Assembly (NCBI GenBank): GCA_041641305.1
Contig: JBEPYN010000002.1
Span: forward strand, 384,001 to 448,000
Length of the DNA: 64,000 nt
DNA from: Nitrososphaerota archaeon
Lineage (GTDB): Archaea > Thermoproteota > Nitrososphaeria_A > Caldarchaeales > Caldarchaeaceae
Direction: 5' to 3'
Made by a program: the position numbers and the translations under genes. Positions within the stretch are counted from its first letter, which is position 1. Each line of letters starts with the position of its first letter. The notes under the pieces were generated by a model. It did no database searches. It saw only the letters and a list, made by a program, of their open reading frames with translations, and was not told where the DNA came from. Of this stretch, positions 8,404 to 18,303 are shown one piece after another.

Positions 8404-10193
8404 CCGCGTCTAGCCTCCGACACGTAGTAGTGGAAGGCCGCGGCGTTCATCCCCTTTCTCACGCCCTCCTCGATTGCGTCGACTCGGTGGATGAGCTGTT
8501 TTGAGACGAACTCCTCGGTGAAACCGGTCGCCTTCATGAACCACTGCAGCTTCGGGCTTTTCCTCAGCACCTCGTACACGTCGTTCGGTGCGAAGCTGTC
8601 GTCGGATGCGTTGTACCTGAATATGTCGATGACGTCCATGCCCTCTGGCTTGGCTGGGTCGGGTAGTATCTCGGACACCGCTATGACGCGGCGCGCTCTT
8701 CCCGTGGGCGTGTCTTGGAAGCTGGTGATGCAGCAGCCCCATAGGAAGCTGAGCATCGCTTCCGACATGCCGGTTTTCCTGAGCATGAGGGCGAGGCGTG
8801 AGTAGAATTCTCTTGGGCTTCCCGCGTGGAAGGTGAAGCCTCCCCCGTGTCCGGTGAAGGCGCTTTTCAGCAGGTAGTAGACCGACTCGTCTTTCCTGAC
8901 CTCGCCTATGACGAGGTAGTCGGGCCTCATCCTCATGGCTATGTCTATGAGCTCGGACTCGCTTATCTCCATCTGCCCAGCCGCTATCATGGCCGACCTC
9001 CTGCCAGTGAGGGGGAGCCAGTGTCTCTGCGGTATGTTTATCTCGAACGTGTCCTCTATCGTGATTATCTTGCTGTTGGGGTCGAGGCAGGCTAGGAGCG
9101 CGGTGAAGAGCGAGGTCTTGCCGCTTGCCGTCGGCCCAGCTATCCCTATCAACGCCTTGTTCTCTAAGGCGAACCATACATAGGCCGCCATGAGCGGGGT
9201 CAGCATCTTCATGCTCACGAGTCTTGGAAGGCTCCAAGGGTCGGTGGGCCACTTTCTTATGGTGAATGTGGGGCCGAAGGCTGACAGCTCTCTGCCAAGT
9301 ATGCCGGCGAACCTGCTGCCGTCTGCGAGCGGGAAGTCGGCGTATGGTTTATGGAGCGTCATGACGGTGTTAGCCCTGTGGGCGTGCCTGTTCATGAAGT
9401 CGTTTATCTCATCATCGGTCTCGAAGACTATGTTGCTCCGCAGGTAGTGGAGGTGGCCGAAGTCTCTATGCGCTATCATGACCGGGATGCCGGGGCCTAC
9501 GCAGGAGATGTCCTCGACAGCCGGGTCGTTGACAGGCACGTCCACCGGCCCATAGCCGAAGACGTTTCTAGTCACGTAGTACTTGACCTCGAGTATCCTG
9601 TCCTGCGTAGGCTCGATACCGAGCCTCTTCAGCTTGTCGGCTATGATGCTGTTTACGAGCTGGTCGAGGGCGAGAGCCTCCGGCCTCTCCTCGGCCCTGC
9701 CAATCCTCATAGGCTGGCGCACGGACTCGACAGCAGGCAGCTTAGCCTCCCTGAATAAGCTGTCCAAGGTCAATGCATACGCGAGTCTTCCCTCGTTTGA
9801 GATGGGTGGCTCGGTGACGAGGTATAGCCCGAAGGTCCCCATCTCCGCTATCCGCACCGAGGCGAGGCCGACATTGTAACGCTTCAGGGTCTTAGCTCCC
9901 TTGACATCCTCCGGCTCCATGAGCGGGCTCGGGAGCGGTAGGTTGGCCATGAGGAACTGCTGGAGAGCCCTCAGAATATTCTCCGCCTTCAGCTCTCCCT
10001 TTACCTTCGGCTTCTCCGCTTTCGTCTTCACAGCTTTCTCAGGCTTCGGGGCCTTTTCCTTGACCTTTGCCTTCTCAGGTGTCTTCTCGGGGGCGGCGAG
10101 ACTCCTGCCACACGTGGGGCAGAAGCGAGAGCCCTCGGGAAGCGCCTCGCCGCAGGAGGGGCATTCTGTGAGAACGGTTTCTGCCCTGCTCAT
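8394..10193 (-). CDS. Type IV pilus assembly ATPase (FlaI/TadA/VirB11 family) with N-terminal zinc ribbon
   Basis: Walker A GPTASGKT, Asp box TIEDTFE, Walker B MRPDYLVIGEVR, His box TGHGGGFTFHA, DPAVEDISC; N-terminal CPSCG...CPTCG. Confidence 0.93.
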   Translation of the reverse strand: MSRAETVLTECPSCGEALPEGSRFCPTCGRSLAAPEKTPEKAKVKEKAPKPEKAVKTKAEKPKVKGELKAENILRALQQFLMANLPLPSPLMEPEDVKGAKTLKRYNVGLASVRIAEMGTFGLYLVTEPPISNEGRLAYALTLDSLFREAKLPAVESVRQPMRIGRAEERPEALALDQLVNSIIADKLKRLGIEPTQDRILEVKYYVTRNVFGYGPVDVPVNDPAVEDISCVGPGIPVMIAHRDFGHLHYLRSNIVFETDDEINDFMNRHAHRANTVMTLHKPYADFPLADGSRFAGILGRELSAFGPTFTIRKWPTDPWSLPRLVSMKMLTPLMAAYVWFALENKALIGIAGPTASGKTSLFTALLACLDPNSKIITIEDTFEINIPQRHWLPLTGRRSAMIAAGQMEISESELIDIAMRMRPDYLVIGEVRKDESVYYLLKSAFTGHGGGFTFHAGSPREFYSRLALMLRKTGMSEAMLSFLWGCCITSFQDTPTGRARRVIAVSEILPDPAKPEGMDVIDIFRYNASDDSFAPNDVYEVLRKSPKLQWFMKATGFTEEFVSKQLIHRVDAIEEGVRKGMNAAAFHYYVSEARRGWR

Positions 10194-10195
10194 GG

Positions 10196-10879
10196 CTACG
10201 CCACCAAGTAGATGTGTGACTCGTAGGCGGCTGCCATCGCGGCCACCAGCACCGCGTAGAGAAACAGCCTATGAGAGCCTCGGTAGGCCTGCGCCAGCCT
10301 TCCTAGTCCATATCCATCGCCGCATAGAGCTTTGGCGGCCACGTATGTCGGAAACGATAGGGACAGGGCCTCGAGCGCCAGCAGCGGAGCCAGTATCGGG
10401 TATTCGGCGCCTACGCCTCCCATGGTGAACCCGTTCACAGCCATGGGTGCGAGCGCTGATACGAGGATGAATTTCTCATGCCTCCTACCTATTGGCTTGG
10501 GGCGGCCTCTTCCCTCCATGACCATGGCGAGCGGCATGACCGCGTGTATCGCCGGAACCAGCGAGATAGGCCTCATGTTGCTGAGCAGTATGGCGGCGAC
10601 CATTGAGGGGGGCGAGGGCTTCGCCGGCTTCTCATATGATGGGTTGATTGCGGCCTCTATTGTCTCGGCAGCCGCCTCGACCTGCCTCGGCACGTCTGGG
10701 ACGATGGATACCCCTGGGGCGACTGTTGTTGACCTCGACAGCGACTGGACGAAGGCTGGAAAGGCTGTGGCGAAGCCTGCTCCGGAAAAGCTGGTGAGGA
10801 GGAGGCTGAAAACGGCTCCAGATGCTATGGAGCCGAGTGTGAGGAATGCTGTTAATATCAGCGCCGTATACAGAGGCAT
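10196..10879 (-). CDS. SpoIIM-like integral membrane protein
   Basis: Polytopic; ILLSN, AVNGF and C-terminal AAAYES pattern resemble stage II sporulation protein M-like proteins. Confidence 0.55.
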   Translation of the reverse strand: MPLYTALILTAFLTLGSIASGAVFSLLLTSFSGAGFATAFPAFVQSLSRSTTVAPGVSIVPDVPRQVEAAAETIEAAINPSYEKPAKPSPPSMVAAILLSNMRPISLVPAIHAVMPLAMVMEGRGRPKPIGRRHEKFILVSALAPMAVNGFTMGGVGAEYPILAPLLALEALSLSFPTYVAAKALCGDGYGLGRLAQAYRGSHRLFLYAVLVAAMAAAYESHIYLVA

Positions 10880-10897
10880 TCACCTCCGTGAATGCCT
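10874..10897. promoter_or_regulatory. Perfect 10-bp inverted repeat covering the RBS and start codon of the 10879 gene
   Basis: AGGCATTCAC-CTCC-GTGAATGCCT; on the minus strand the loop and 3' arm read GGAG-GTGAATG (SD plus ATG). Confidence 0.6.
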
Positions 10898-10941
10898 TAA
10901 CCGCCTAAGGTGTATTTATTGAGATAAGGCGTGGCCGTGTT

Positions 10942-10959
10942 CTGTCAACATGTTGACAG
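10942..10959. repeat. Dispersed palindrome copy (CTGTCAACATGTTGACAG)
   Basis: Perfect 18-bp palindrome, intergenic, about 22 bp upstream of an AATAAATA box. Confidence 0.9.
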
Positions 10960-10968
10960 CCCCGCTGT

Positions 10969-11577
10969 TTAGCTGACTGCCTCATATGCCTCGACCGCCG
11001 CCGACAGGGTTAACAGCAGCAGGATTATGGGCAGATACTTTCTAACCATCTTTCTGTACCTCTGTGCGAAGCTGTCGGGCTCCAGCTCAGAGGCCTTGTC
11101 CACGACCGCGGCTGCAAGGAGAACGTGTATGCCCTCAAGCAGCATGAAGGCTGCCGGGCCTCTTACGGCCAGTACCGCGGGTATCTGTACGGCGAAGCCT
11201 GCGACATACATGATGGCTATGACGGCCATCATCCTGCTGTAGAACCTCCATCCCACGTCACCGGACCACTTGTGAAAACGCGTCCCAGCCCATCTCCGGC
11301 TCAGCCGCATTCCGTATGCGGAGTGGATTAGGGGCGGCGACGCCAACACCGCTGCCAAAGCTATCGAGTTGTTGAACATTATTGCGGCAAATGCTGACAA
11401 CAACGTGTTCCCCGTGGCAGGGTACACTATGGAGAAGGCCATCATGGTTCTGCCGATGAGGACCAGCCCCTGGGGCGAGCGTAGTATGATGTCGAGGAAG
11501 TTGGGCGGCCCTATCAACATGCTGGCCGCAGCCGACGCCGCCATGGCGAGCATGAGGCATAGGATTAAGCGCTTCAT
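10969..11577 (-). CDS. SpoIIM-like integral membrane protein
   Basis: AIMFNNSIAL, LLEG and C-terminal LLLLTLSAAVEAY motifs. Confidence 0.6.
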   Translation of the reverse strand: MKRLILCLMLAMAASAAASMLIGPPNFLDIILRSPQGLVLIGRTMMAFSIVYPATGNTLLSAFAAIMFNNSIALAAVLASPPLIHSAYGMRLSRRWAGTRFHKWSGDVGWRFYSRMMAVIAIMYVAGFAVQIPAVLAVRGPAAFMLLEGIHVLLAAAVVDKASELEPDSFAQRYRKMVRKYLPIILLLLTLSAAVEAYEAVS

Positions 11578-12713
11578 GTTCTAAGCCTCTTGAGGATGCT
11601 GGCTATCTTGGGGATTAGCTCGAGCCGCGTCAGCCTGGGTTTCAGAAGCCCCATGGAGTAGAGCGACTGGATGAACATGGTCGACAGGGCTGCGAACCTC
11701 AGCAGCGCCATTGACTGGGTCAGGCTCCACGGCATATGGGGCGCGGGTGTTGAGAACCATGTCAGGAGTATAGCCGTGTTGGAGAGCTCCCATAGGGCGA
11801 AGCCGGGCATCAACAATCCCGAGGCTGGGAGAAACGGTAGGAGGAATATGTTTGTCTGGGGGCTGTACCTCGGCGTGAACAACATGTACGACATGGCGGC
11901 CAGCATCATGAACTTGCCCGGCTCCAGCCTGCTCCTAAGCACGTAAAGGTACAGGATGGATACGCCGATTAGCCCGAAGAGAATGGCTGCTCCGAGGCCG
12001 GGGGCTGTGTTGGGCCCCACGGGAGCGGCTGCGTCGGGGAACAGGTGTACGTACCACGCGTTCTCCAAACTCCATCCAGTCTGGGCCTCTACCACGGCTC
12101 TGTATGCCTCTGGAAAAGCGAGGATGGGTGGCAGGGCTACAGCCGCGAATGTTGCGAGATACTTCAGCCTCTCCCTGCCTTGAAGCCTCAGGATGGCGTA
12201 GGGGAGAAAAAGTATGCTGAGAAGCTTGGTGTGGAACCCTAGGGCTAGAAGAGCCGCTGAAACCGTATACCTGCCTCTGGCGAAGGCTAGGACGGACAGG
12301 GCTGTCAGGGCCGCGAGGAATACGTCATAACCGTATATCCCATATACAACCAAGCTGGGCGCGACTAGGTAGACGAGTGTGTATGCGCTGTCTCCGGAGA
12401 GCTGCGCCGCGGCATACGCCATAGCCACAGCCGACGTGAGCACCATGGCTGAGTAGGCGAGGTAGAACCCTACCATGTCTCCGCCAATGCGCCATGCTAT
12501 GATTGATAACGCTCCTGAAAGAAACGGGTACTCGAAGTGTTTCCCGGTATGGTCAGGCTCCACGTAGGGTATCCTGCCTGCTTCAGCGAAGTCACTCCAG
12601 AAGAAGCCCATGATGTCCGTGTATAGGCTGGGCTGGATAAATGGGGAGTGCAGTAATATGCCCAGCCCGATTGTCGAGCACGCCACCATTATCTGTAGAA
12701 GCGTCTCCCTCAT
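11574..12713 (-). CDS. GT-C fold glycosyltransferase (GT87/DUF2029-like mannosyltransferase)
   Basis: LYTDI...IPYVE...FEYPFLSG, YSPQ motif, many TMs. Start placed at ATG 12713 (ATGA overlap with the PMT stop); the track starts at 12764. Confidence 0.8.
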   Translation of the reverse strand: MRETLLQIMVACSTIGLGILLHSPFIQPSLYTDIMGFFWSDFAEAGRIPYVEPDHTGKHFEYPFLSGALSIIAWRIGGDMVGFYLAYSAMVLTSAVAMAYAAAQLSGDSAYTLVYLVAPSLVVYGIYGYDVFLAALTALSVLAFARGRYTVSAALLALGFHTKLLSILFLPYAILRLQGRERLKYLATFAAVALPPILAFPEAYRAVVEAQTGWSLENAWYVHLFPDAAAPVGPNTAPGLGAAILFGLIGVSILYLYVLRSRLEPGKFMMLAAMSYMLFTPRYSPQTNIFLLPFLPASGLLMPGFALWELSNTAILLTWFSTPAPHMPWSLTQSMALLRFAALSTMFIQSLYSMGLLKPRLTRLELIPKIASILKRLRT

Positions 12714-13969
12714 ATCCACGGGACCTCGCCTAGTCCTAGGCTTCCGAGGAGCTGTATCAGCCACTCGGGCTTGGCTGGGTAGAACATTATGAACCAGAGT
12801 ATCTGGGCTGCTAGGAATACCTTGAAGGCTATGGGTGGCAGGTGCTTGTCAAAGATGAGGGGAAGGGTTGCTGCGAGTATAGGCGATACTTGGAGGAAGT
12901 AGAAGCTGTATGTCCATCTCTTGGCGACATAGGCTAGGAACGCGAATGCTCCGAAGTTTACCGCGAACCATCCTAGGGAGATTGCTTCGGGGCTTGGGTT
13001 GTGTATCTTCGAGGATTTTATGACTCCGTACGCGATTGGGGCTATCAGCCAGATGCTCCACCAAAGCGGGCTAGAGACTCCCCAGAAAGCGACTGGATGG
13101 TATCCGGGCGGGGATACCGTGTTTACGAAGTATGGCGCAGGCTGCCTAGTTATGGGAGGTATAATCCATGAAAGGGGTAGCTCAACCTTCCATGGCTCGA
13201 AGTACCTCAGGTTTGTGTGGTAGCTCAGCATGAAGTCGAGGTGGTGCAGCGGCGTGGGGAACACATGTGTCTGCGAGTCCCAGAGGGCCACGCCCGCGAA
13301 GAAGACAAGCAGGGCTGGGAAAGCGTAGAGCCTCACACCCCTCCTCAAGGCCTCCACGGCCCTGTCAAGGTCCCTCGTCTTCCCGTACTCGTGTACGGCT
13401 TCCAGCGCCATCAGAGTGGGTATGATTAGTATGCCGCTGCTCTTTGACAGCAGGGAGAGGCCTGCGGCGACTCCTGAGAGAAGCTTCCTGCCCGACACGT
13501 AGAGGTAGGCGGAGAACACCATGAAGAAGATGGAGGGAGGGTCCAGTATTCCTATGCCTCCCACATTGAAGAACGTCACGTCGGTGAATAGCAGGAGCTG
13601 GGCAGCTATGGCGTACCTGTCTCCGCCTAGCCTCCTCGCGACAAGCCCCACCAACGCTATGGTCAGCGCAGAGAAAAGCACCATGGGAATCCTCCAACCC
13701 CACGGGTTGTCCCCCAAAGCCATGATGCCCAGCATGATTACCCACTTGCTGAGAGGGGGGTGCTCAAGGTTCACAGCCTGGCCCATCAGCATCTTCCTTA
13801 CGGCCGGTATGTAGTGGGCCTCGTCGAAGATGAAGCCGCAGCCGTCGAACGGCGGCTCGAGGCACTCTAAAGGATGTTTCAGTGGGCTGGCTAATGGTAT
13901 GAGAGATAGCCTAAGTCCTAGGTATATCAGGGGCACTATAGTCAACCGGATGAGTTGGTTTGGTTTCAT
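12710..13969 (-). CDS. Dolichyl-phosphate-mannose-protein mannosyltransferase (PMT/GT39-like)
   Basis: FDEAHY, EHPPLSKW, WGWRIP, ILDP, LSK.SG motifs; polytopic. Confidence 0.88.
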   Translation of the reverse strand: MKPNQLIRLTIVPLIYLGLRLSLIPLASPLKHPLECLEPPFDGCGFIFDEAHYIPAVRKMLMGQAVNLEHPPLSKWVIMLGIMALGDNPWGWRIPMVLFSALTIALVGLVARRLGGDRYAIAAQLLLFTDVTFFNVGGIGILDPPSIFFMVFSAYLYVSGRKLLSGVAAGLSLLSKSSGILIIPTLMALEAVHEYGKTRDLDRAVEALRRGVRLYAFPALLVFFAGVALWDSQTHVFPTPLHHLDFMLSYHTNLRYFEPWKVELPLSWIIPPITRQPAPYFVNTVSPPGYHPVAFWGVSSPLWWSIWLIAPIAYGVIKSSKIHNPSPEAISLGWFAVNFGAFAFLAYVAKRWTYSFYFLQVSPILAATLPLIFDKHLPPIAFKVFLAAQILWFIMFYPAKPEWLIQLLGSLGLGEVPWI

Positions 13970-13970
13970 G

Positions 13971-14699
13971 TTATCGTCGGCCTAAACTATAACCTATACT
14001 CCGATGATTTACTGCTGTAGTAACTATGGATGCTAAAACCGCTGGAACGATGATGGACGCCGCTAAATTCTCCAACGTGTAGTTAGGTATTCTGAGGGCG
14101 TAGGCAGGGCAGGAAATATCGCATTCAACTCGTTTAACCCTAGACAGCCATACAAGGTATACATCAGCGAAGGTTATGTCTAATATTGGCCTTGTTTCAT
14201 CCATCCTGTAGAGCATGAGGTACCTTTCCTTCCCATTCCCGAGGGGTGTGAGGTCGGAAGCTCCAAGTAGATGGCCGAATTCATGCAGGAGTACGGAGCG
14301 AAGCAGCGCGCGGTTGTCGACGATGCTGCTTGCTATTGATATGTTGGCCCCCTTCAACCTAAATGTCTCCTTATCGAAGGCAAGGTTGAACCCGCCGAGT
14401 TCGGGGGACTTGATAGCCCGCTCCGAGAAGTTTATGTTTGCGAAGCAGCCGTCCTTGACAACCTCGATGTAAATACCTTTCAGTTCTCTGAAAACGTTAC
14501 TGAAGGTCTCTAGTGCCTCGTTCCATTTGCTTGCAGCCCATCGTGCATCTTCCTGCACCTCCTCGGGAGCACATACAAGTATCCGATTTGGTATGAAATC
14601 TATGTTGATTTTGAGCTCAATTACGTAGGTTTCTGAAGATGCGTATAGTATGGAAACGGTTGACGGTATCAAGAGTAGGAGGAATGTCAATGAGGTCAC
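13971..14699 (-). CDS. Membrane-anchored zincin (matrixin/M10-like) metalloprotease
   Basis: Signal peptide, AASKWN, HEFGHLLGASD zinc motif, Met-turn LML, C-terminal TM. Confidence 0.8.
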   Translation of the reverse strand: MTSLTFLLLLIPSTVSILYASSETYVIELKINIDFIPNRILVCAPEEVQEDARWAASKWNEALETFSNVFRELKGIYIEVVKDGCFANINFSERAIKSPELGGFNLAFDKETFRLKGANISIASSIVDNRALLRSVLLHEFGHLLGASDLTPLGNGKERYLMLYRMDETRPILDITFADVYLVWLSRVKRVECDISCPAYALRIPNYTLENLAASIIVPAVLASIVTTAVNHRSIGYSLGRR

Positions 14700-14714
14700 T
14701 TGGCTAATGGCGGG

Positions 14715-15491
14715 TCACCCCCCTCGTACATCGAGTTCTACGTGGAGGGTCAGCGATACCGTGACAGGCCTGTTCTCTTCGGGATAGGAATACCAGTACC
14801 AGAATATGAAGTCGTCACGATATGTCGGGCCGCCAGCCCTGAAAGTGTACCCTGTGTAGTCGCTCCAGCCGTCAACATATCTAACGAGTATTGTATTGCG
14901 GTATTCGCCAGTCCGTATCCACCAAATAAAAGTTGTTCCAGCGGGGGTCATCCAACCGTTGAAGAGGAAGGAGTTCGTGGTTGAGTTCTCGCGGACAACC
15001 TGAACCTTTATCCAAGAGTTTTGGCTGACGGTCACAATCTGGTTCCTCGGGTCGGGTCTGAGGAAGAGAAGGTAGCATTGTATGTTCTTGTCCAATGTAG
15101 CGTTGTAGTCTATGATGTTGTGGCCGAGCTTGAGCTGGTAGACGCCGCAGAGCTGGAATCTCCCTCTCCTCGCAAAATCGTGGTAGGTTTCGACTGGTAC
15201 TGGGAACGGTTCGACGGCCATCACGTTCCAGAACACCAGCCCCGAGACCACCACCGCGAGTCCCGCGATGACGTATTTTCTCTCAGCCTTTCCTATAAAA
15301 ACTAAGGCTGCCAAGACGAGTCCTGGAAGGTTCCAGAATATGTAGATGTTGAACCATCCGGGGAGTTCGGGGAAGATGTGGTTAAGCGGGGCGAGGCGTA
15401 CAGTTCCTATAACCACGGCGATGGCGAACATGGCAAAGTACGCCAGCAACGCAAGCCCTACCTTTCTCAGGTTTTTCCTAACTCGGGACAT
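14715..15491 (-). CDS. Hypothetical membrane protein (three N-terminal TMs plus aromatic-rich domain)
   Basis: ORF track; hydrophobic segments. Confidence 0.6.
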   Translation of the reverse strand: MSRVRKNLRKVGLALLAYFAMFAIAVVIGTVRLAPLNHIFPELPGWFNIYIFWNLPGLVLAALVFIGKAERKYVIAGLAVVVSGLVFWNVMAVEPFPVPVETYHDFARRGRFQLCGVYQLKLGHNIIDYNATLDKNIQCYLLFLRPDPRNQIVTVSQNSWIKVQVVRENSTTNSFLFNGWMTPAGTTFIWWIRTGEYRNTILVRYVDGWSDYTGYTFRAGGPTYRDDFIFWYWYSYPEENRPVTVSLTLHVELDVRGG

Positions 15492-15537
15492 GGTCAGTCA
15501 CTAGGTTTTTTCCAAACATTTAATCATTTGAGGCCAG

Positions 15538-17286
15538 CTAGTCACCTATACAATTTCCCAGACAGGCCCCGTCAAGGACTCCGCAGGTGCAGGTGCGTAT
15601 AGTGGTCGCAACAGTAGTGCTACATGTTGTCCATGTCTCTGTTGTCCATGTGCTGATTATTTGAGTCCACGTGACTGTGTAGTCTGTCCATGTGGCTGTT
15701 TGCCAAATTGTTGTGGTAACTGTTGCGGTTGGGTTGTTGGTTACCGTTATGGTAACCCATGAAGTCAACGTCGTTGTGGTGTAGACATAATCGGCACGCG
15801 CCGAGGGGGTAAGAACTGAGATTACGGCCACCAGGTTCATATACAATATTAGCAGCATGATTGTCGCTAAAACCGTTAGTTGAAGCTTTCTAGAGCGCGT
15901 AGGATACGACATCATCAACAGTAGGCCTAGAAACATGAGGGATGTGGATGGAAAACCGTCATAAATAGGGGTCACCCCGGCAACCTCTGAAGCAAGTCGA
16001 GCATCAGGCCCGCTCGCTTTTTCTCCCAACTCATATCCTTGACATCCCTGCAAACTCTTCCAATAGACACCCTGGGCCGTCTGTGTACATGTTATGGATG
16101 TCCATGTGGTTGCCTTGGTGTACCAAATGTCTGTTGAGGTTATGGTAGAGGTCACTGTAACCCATGTAGTGCCTGTAGCGGTTTCTGTCACCGTGATCGT
16201 AGCGCCTATGTATATGAAGGTTGTCGATGTAACGGTCTCGGTTATCGTATACGTGGTCGTCCCATTTATTGTGGTTGGTGGCTGAGTGGTGGGCCCGGGT
16301 GGTGTGGGTGCTGTGGACGTTGTTGGCTGGTATTCGCAGCCTACGCCATATCCGCCGCTCCATTCAGCGGCTCTGCCCGCCGAGTCTACTACCCTCACGG
16401 TCCATCCATATGAGGCTGGGTCTGGGTAGGCTGACATGCCAACGGTCCAGCCGTAGGAGCCGGAGACGGTGTATGGGCCGAAGCTTCCGCTCGCAAGCTG
16501 CCCGCCCCACATGTTGGAGGCGCTCCATTGCCCTGTTATAATGTATGGTGGAGTCCCCCAGCCGTTTGGGTTGAAGCTGAACTGCACAGATAAGTATGTG
16601 CAATAATTTTCGAGGATTTGCCATGTCAGGGAGGGTGTGCCCCATGGAGGGGGAGCTGTTCTAGTGGTTGTCCACGTGGTGGTGTAGGATGTTGTCGTGG
16701 TGGTCCTGGTTGTTGTGGTGGCTGTCACCGAGGTTGTGGTTGTTGTCACCGTGTAGGTGTCCGTCCTCGTAGTGCCTGTTACGTACACGGCTGGCTTGTC
16801 AGGCCTTCCCCAGAGGCTTACGAAGTCGTTTCCAAGGCTTGTGTGGGCCTGTATGTACTTGATGGCGGCTAGGGCTGTGTAGTAGTCGTCCACCCCGGCT
16901 ATCCCCAGCTCCGACGGTGTGTAGGTCCTGTCCTCGCCTGCCCTTAGCCTTATCGATACCTGCTTCTCCTCAACCCTCCCATCCCTCCAGACTATGAGGA
17001 GGCTGTTTATGGTTGTTTCGCCGCTCCACTCACCTACGAAGCTTATCTTTGTCAGGTTCAGGTACCTGCCGGAGGGCTGCTTTACCGCGTCGAGTCAGAC
17101 GTAGACCCGAACCAGCTCCTTGGCCTTCAGCGCCGCTGTCTCGGCCTGCCCCGCCATCTGGGCCTGCTGCCTCGCGTTAAGCGCAACCATGTACGACATC
17201 CACACAAGGCTACCTATGAGAACCAGTATAATAGCCATCGTGGCCAGAGCCGTTGAAACACCTTTGTTAACACGTTTAGCAATCAT
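15538..17286 (-). pseudogene. Large Thr-rich pilin/adhesin gene interrupted by one in-frame TGA at 17095-17097 (pseudogene, readthrough or sequence error)
   Basis: Track ORFs 17095-17286 (class III signal NKG|VSTALA) and 15538-16893 share a frame; the 67 codons between them are open; the joined 582-aa product aligns with neighbour 17299-18303 (HTSLGNDFVSLWG vs HTSDGNSLYLSWG). Confidence 0.8.
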
Positions 17287-17298
17287 TGAACCACCTCT

Positions 17299-18303
17299 CT
17301 AACATGTTGCTGTTCTAGGGTTATAATATGAGCCGTACATTGTGCAATAGCTTGTCTCGGTTAACTGATCACCAGCAGAATCTCTTACAGTCTTAGTTAC
17401 TCGTGCTTGGAGCGGGTCGCCGTATCTTGAGAGTCCGCCTGAGCAGCTTCCGCTGAAGCTTGTTGACGATGTTGTTACTGATATTGTGCAGTAGCTTGTT
17501 ATGGTTATAGTATATGGTGGGGAGCCACCTTGGATGGAGCCCGAGCATGAAATACTCCAACCGCTCCAATACCATGTCGCATATAAGCTACTCCAGTATG
17601 AGTTGGCCTGTGCATCGCATGTGATTGAAAAAACCAAGGGCGGAGTCGTCGTCGTCGTCAGTCTTGGACAACCTGTGCAGACTGCGCTCGTCGTCGTAGA
17701 CGCGGCTCTGACTCTAATGACGATTGTGTCTGTCTGCGTTATCGTTGTTGTCGTGCTGGATGTCTGGGTGGTTGTCGTGGCTGTGTTGGTGCTGTATGTG
17801 GCTGCTATGGCGCCGGCCCATGTACCCCAGCTCAGGTATAGGCTGTTTCCGTCAGACGTGTGGAGTATGAGCTGCTTAATCTCTCTCTTCGCTTTCCAGT
17901 AGTCCCCGTCATAGGATGCGAGCCTTGGGTCGAGCTGGCTCGGAGCAATGGTTACGTTTTCCCCGGGATTGACCGTCAATATGTTGCCGCTTTTCTCCAC
18001 AAGTATCGTGTCGTTCTGAAGCTCGACCAGCAGGTAGTCCACGGTTATCGGCAGCTTTCCGGCTCCGTAGAGGTTTATCAGCGTCTGGTTGGACGGGCCC
18101 CTGAAAGCCGTTGCCCTGAGGTATTTCTTCCCCTCCTCAGCCGCTAGGCTGGCTTGGTTGAGGCCGGCTTGGTGAGAGGCGGTGGCTTGGATGTATGCGC
18201 TGAGCAGCAGCATGGATGAGAGCGCTATGACCGGGACTAGGATGGCGACGGAGACTGCTGCTGAGACACCTTTCTTAGCCCTTGTCTTCAAGGCTCCACG
18301 CAC
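17299..18303 (-). CDS. Minor type IV pilin/adhesin with Thr-rich linker and Cys-rich C-terminal domain
   Basis: Class III signal KKG|VSAAVSVAIL followed by a hydrophobic helix. Confidence 0.8.
   Translation of the reverse strand: MRGALKTRAKKGVSAAVSVAILVPVIALSSMLLLSAYIQATASHQAGLNQASLAAEEGKKYLRATAFRGPSNQTLINLYGAGKLPITVDYLLVELQNDTILVEKSGNILTVNPGENVTIAPSQLDPRLASYDGDYWKAKREIKQLILHTSDGNSLYLSWGTWAGAIAATYSTNTATTTTQTSSTTTTITQTDTIVIRVRAASTTTSAVCTGCPRLTTTTTPPLVFSITCDAQANSYWSSLYATWYWSGWSISCSGSIQGGSPPYTITITSYCTISVTTSSTSFSGSCSGGLSRYGDPLQARVTKTVRDSAGDQLTETSYCTMYGSYYNPRTATC

Noticed and set aside
17095-17097. Selenocysteine or alternative genetic code for the in-frame TGA
   Set aside because: TGA is used as a normal stop by many genes here, the position is not a redox Cys site, and no SECIS was recognised.
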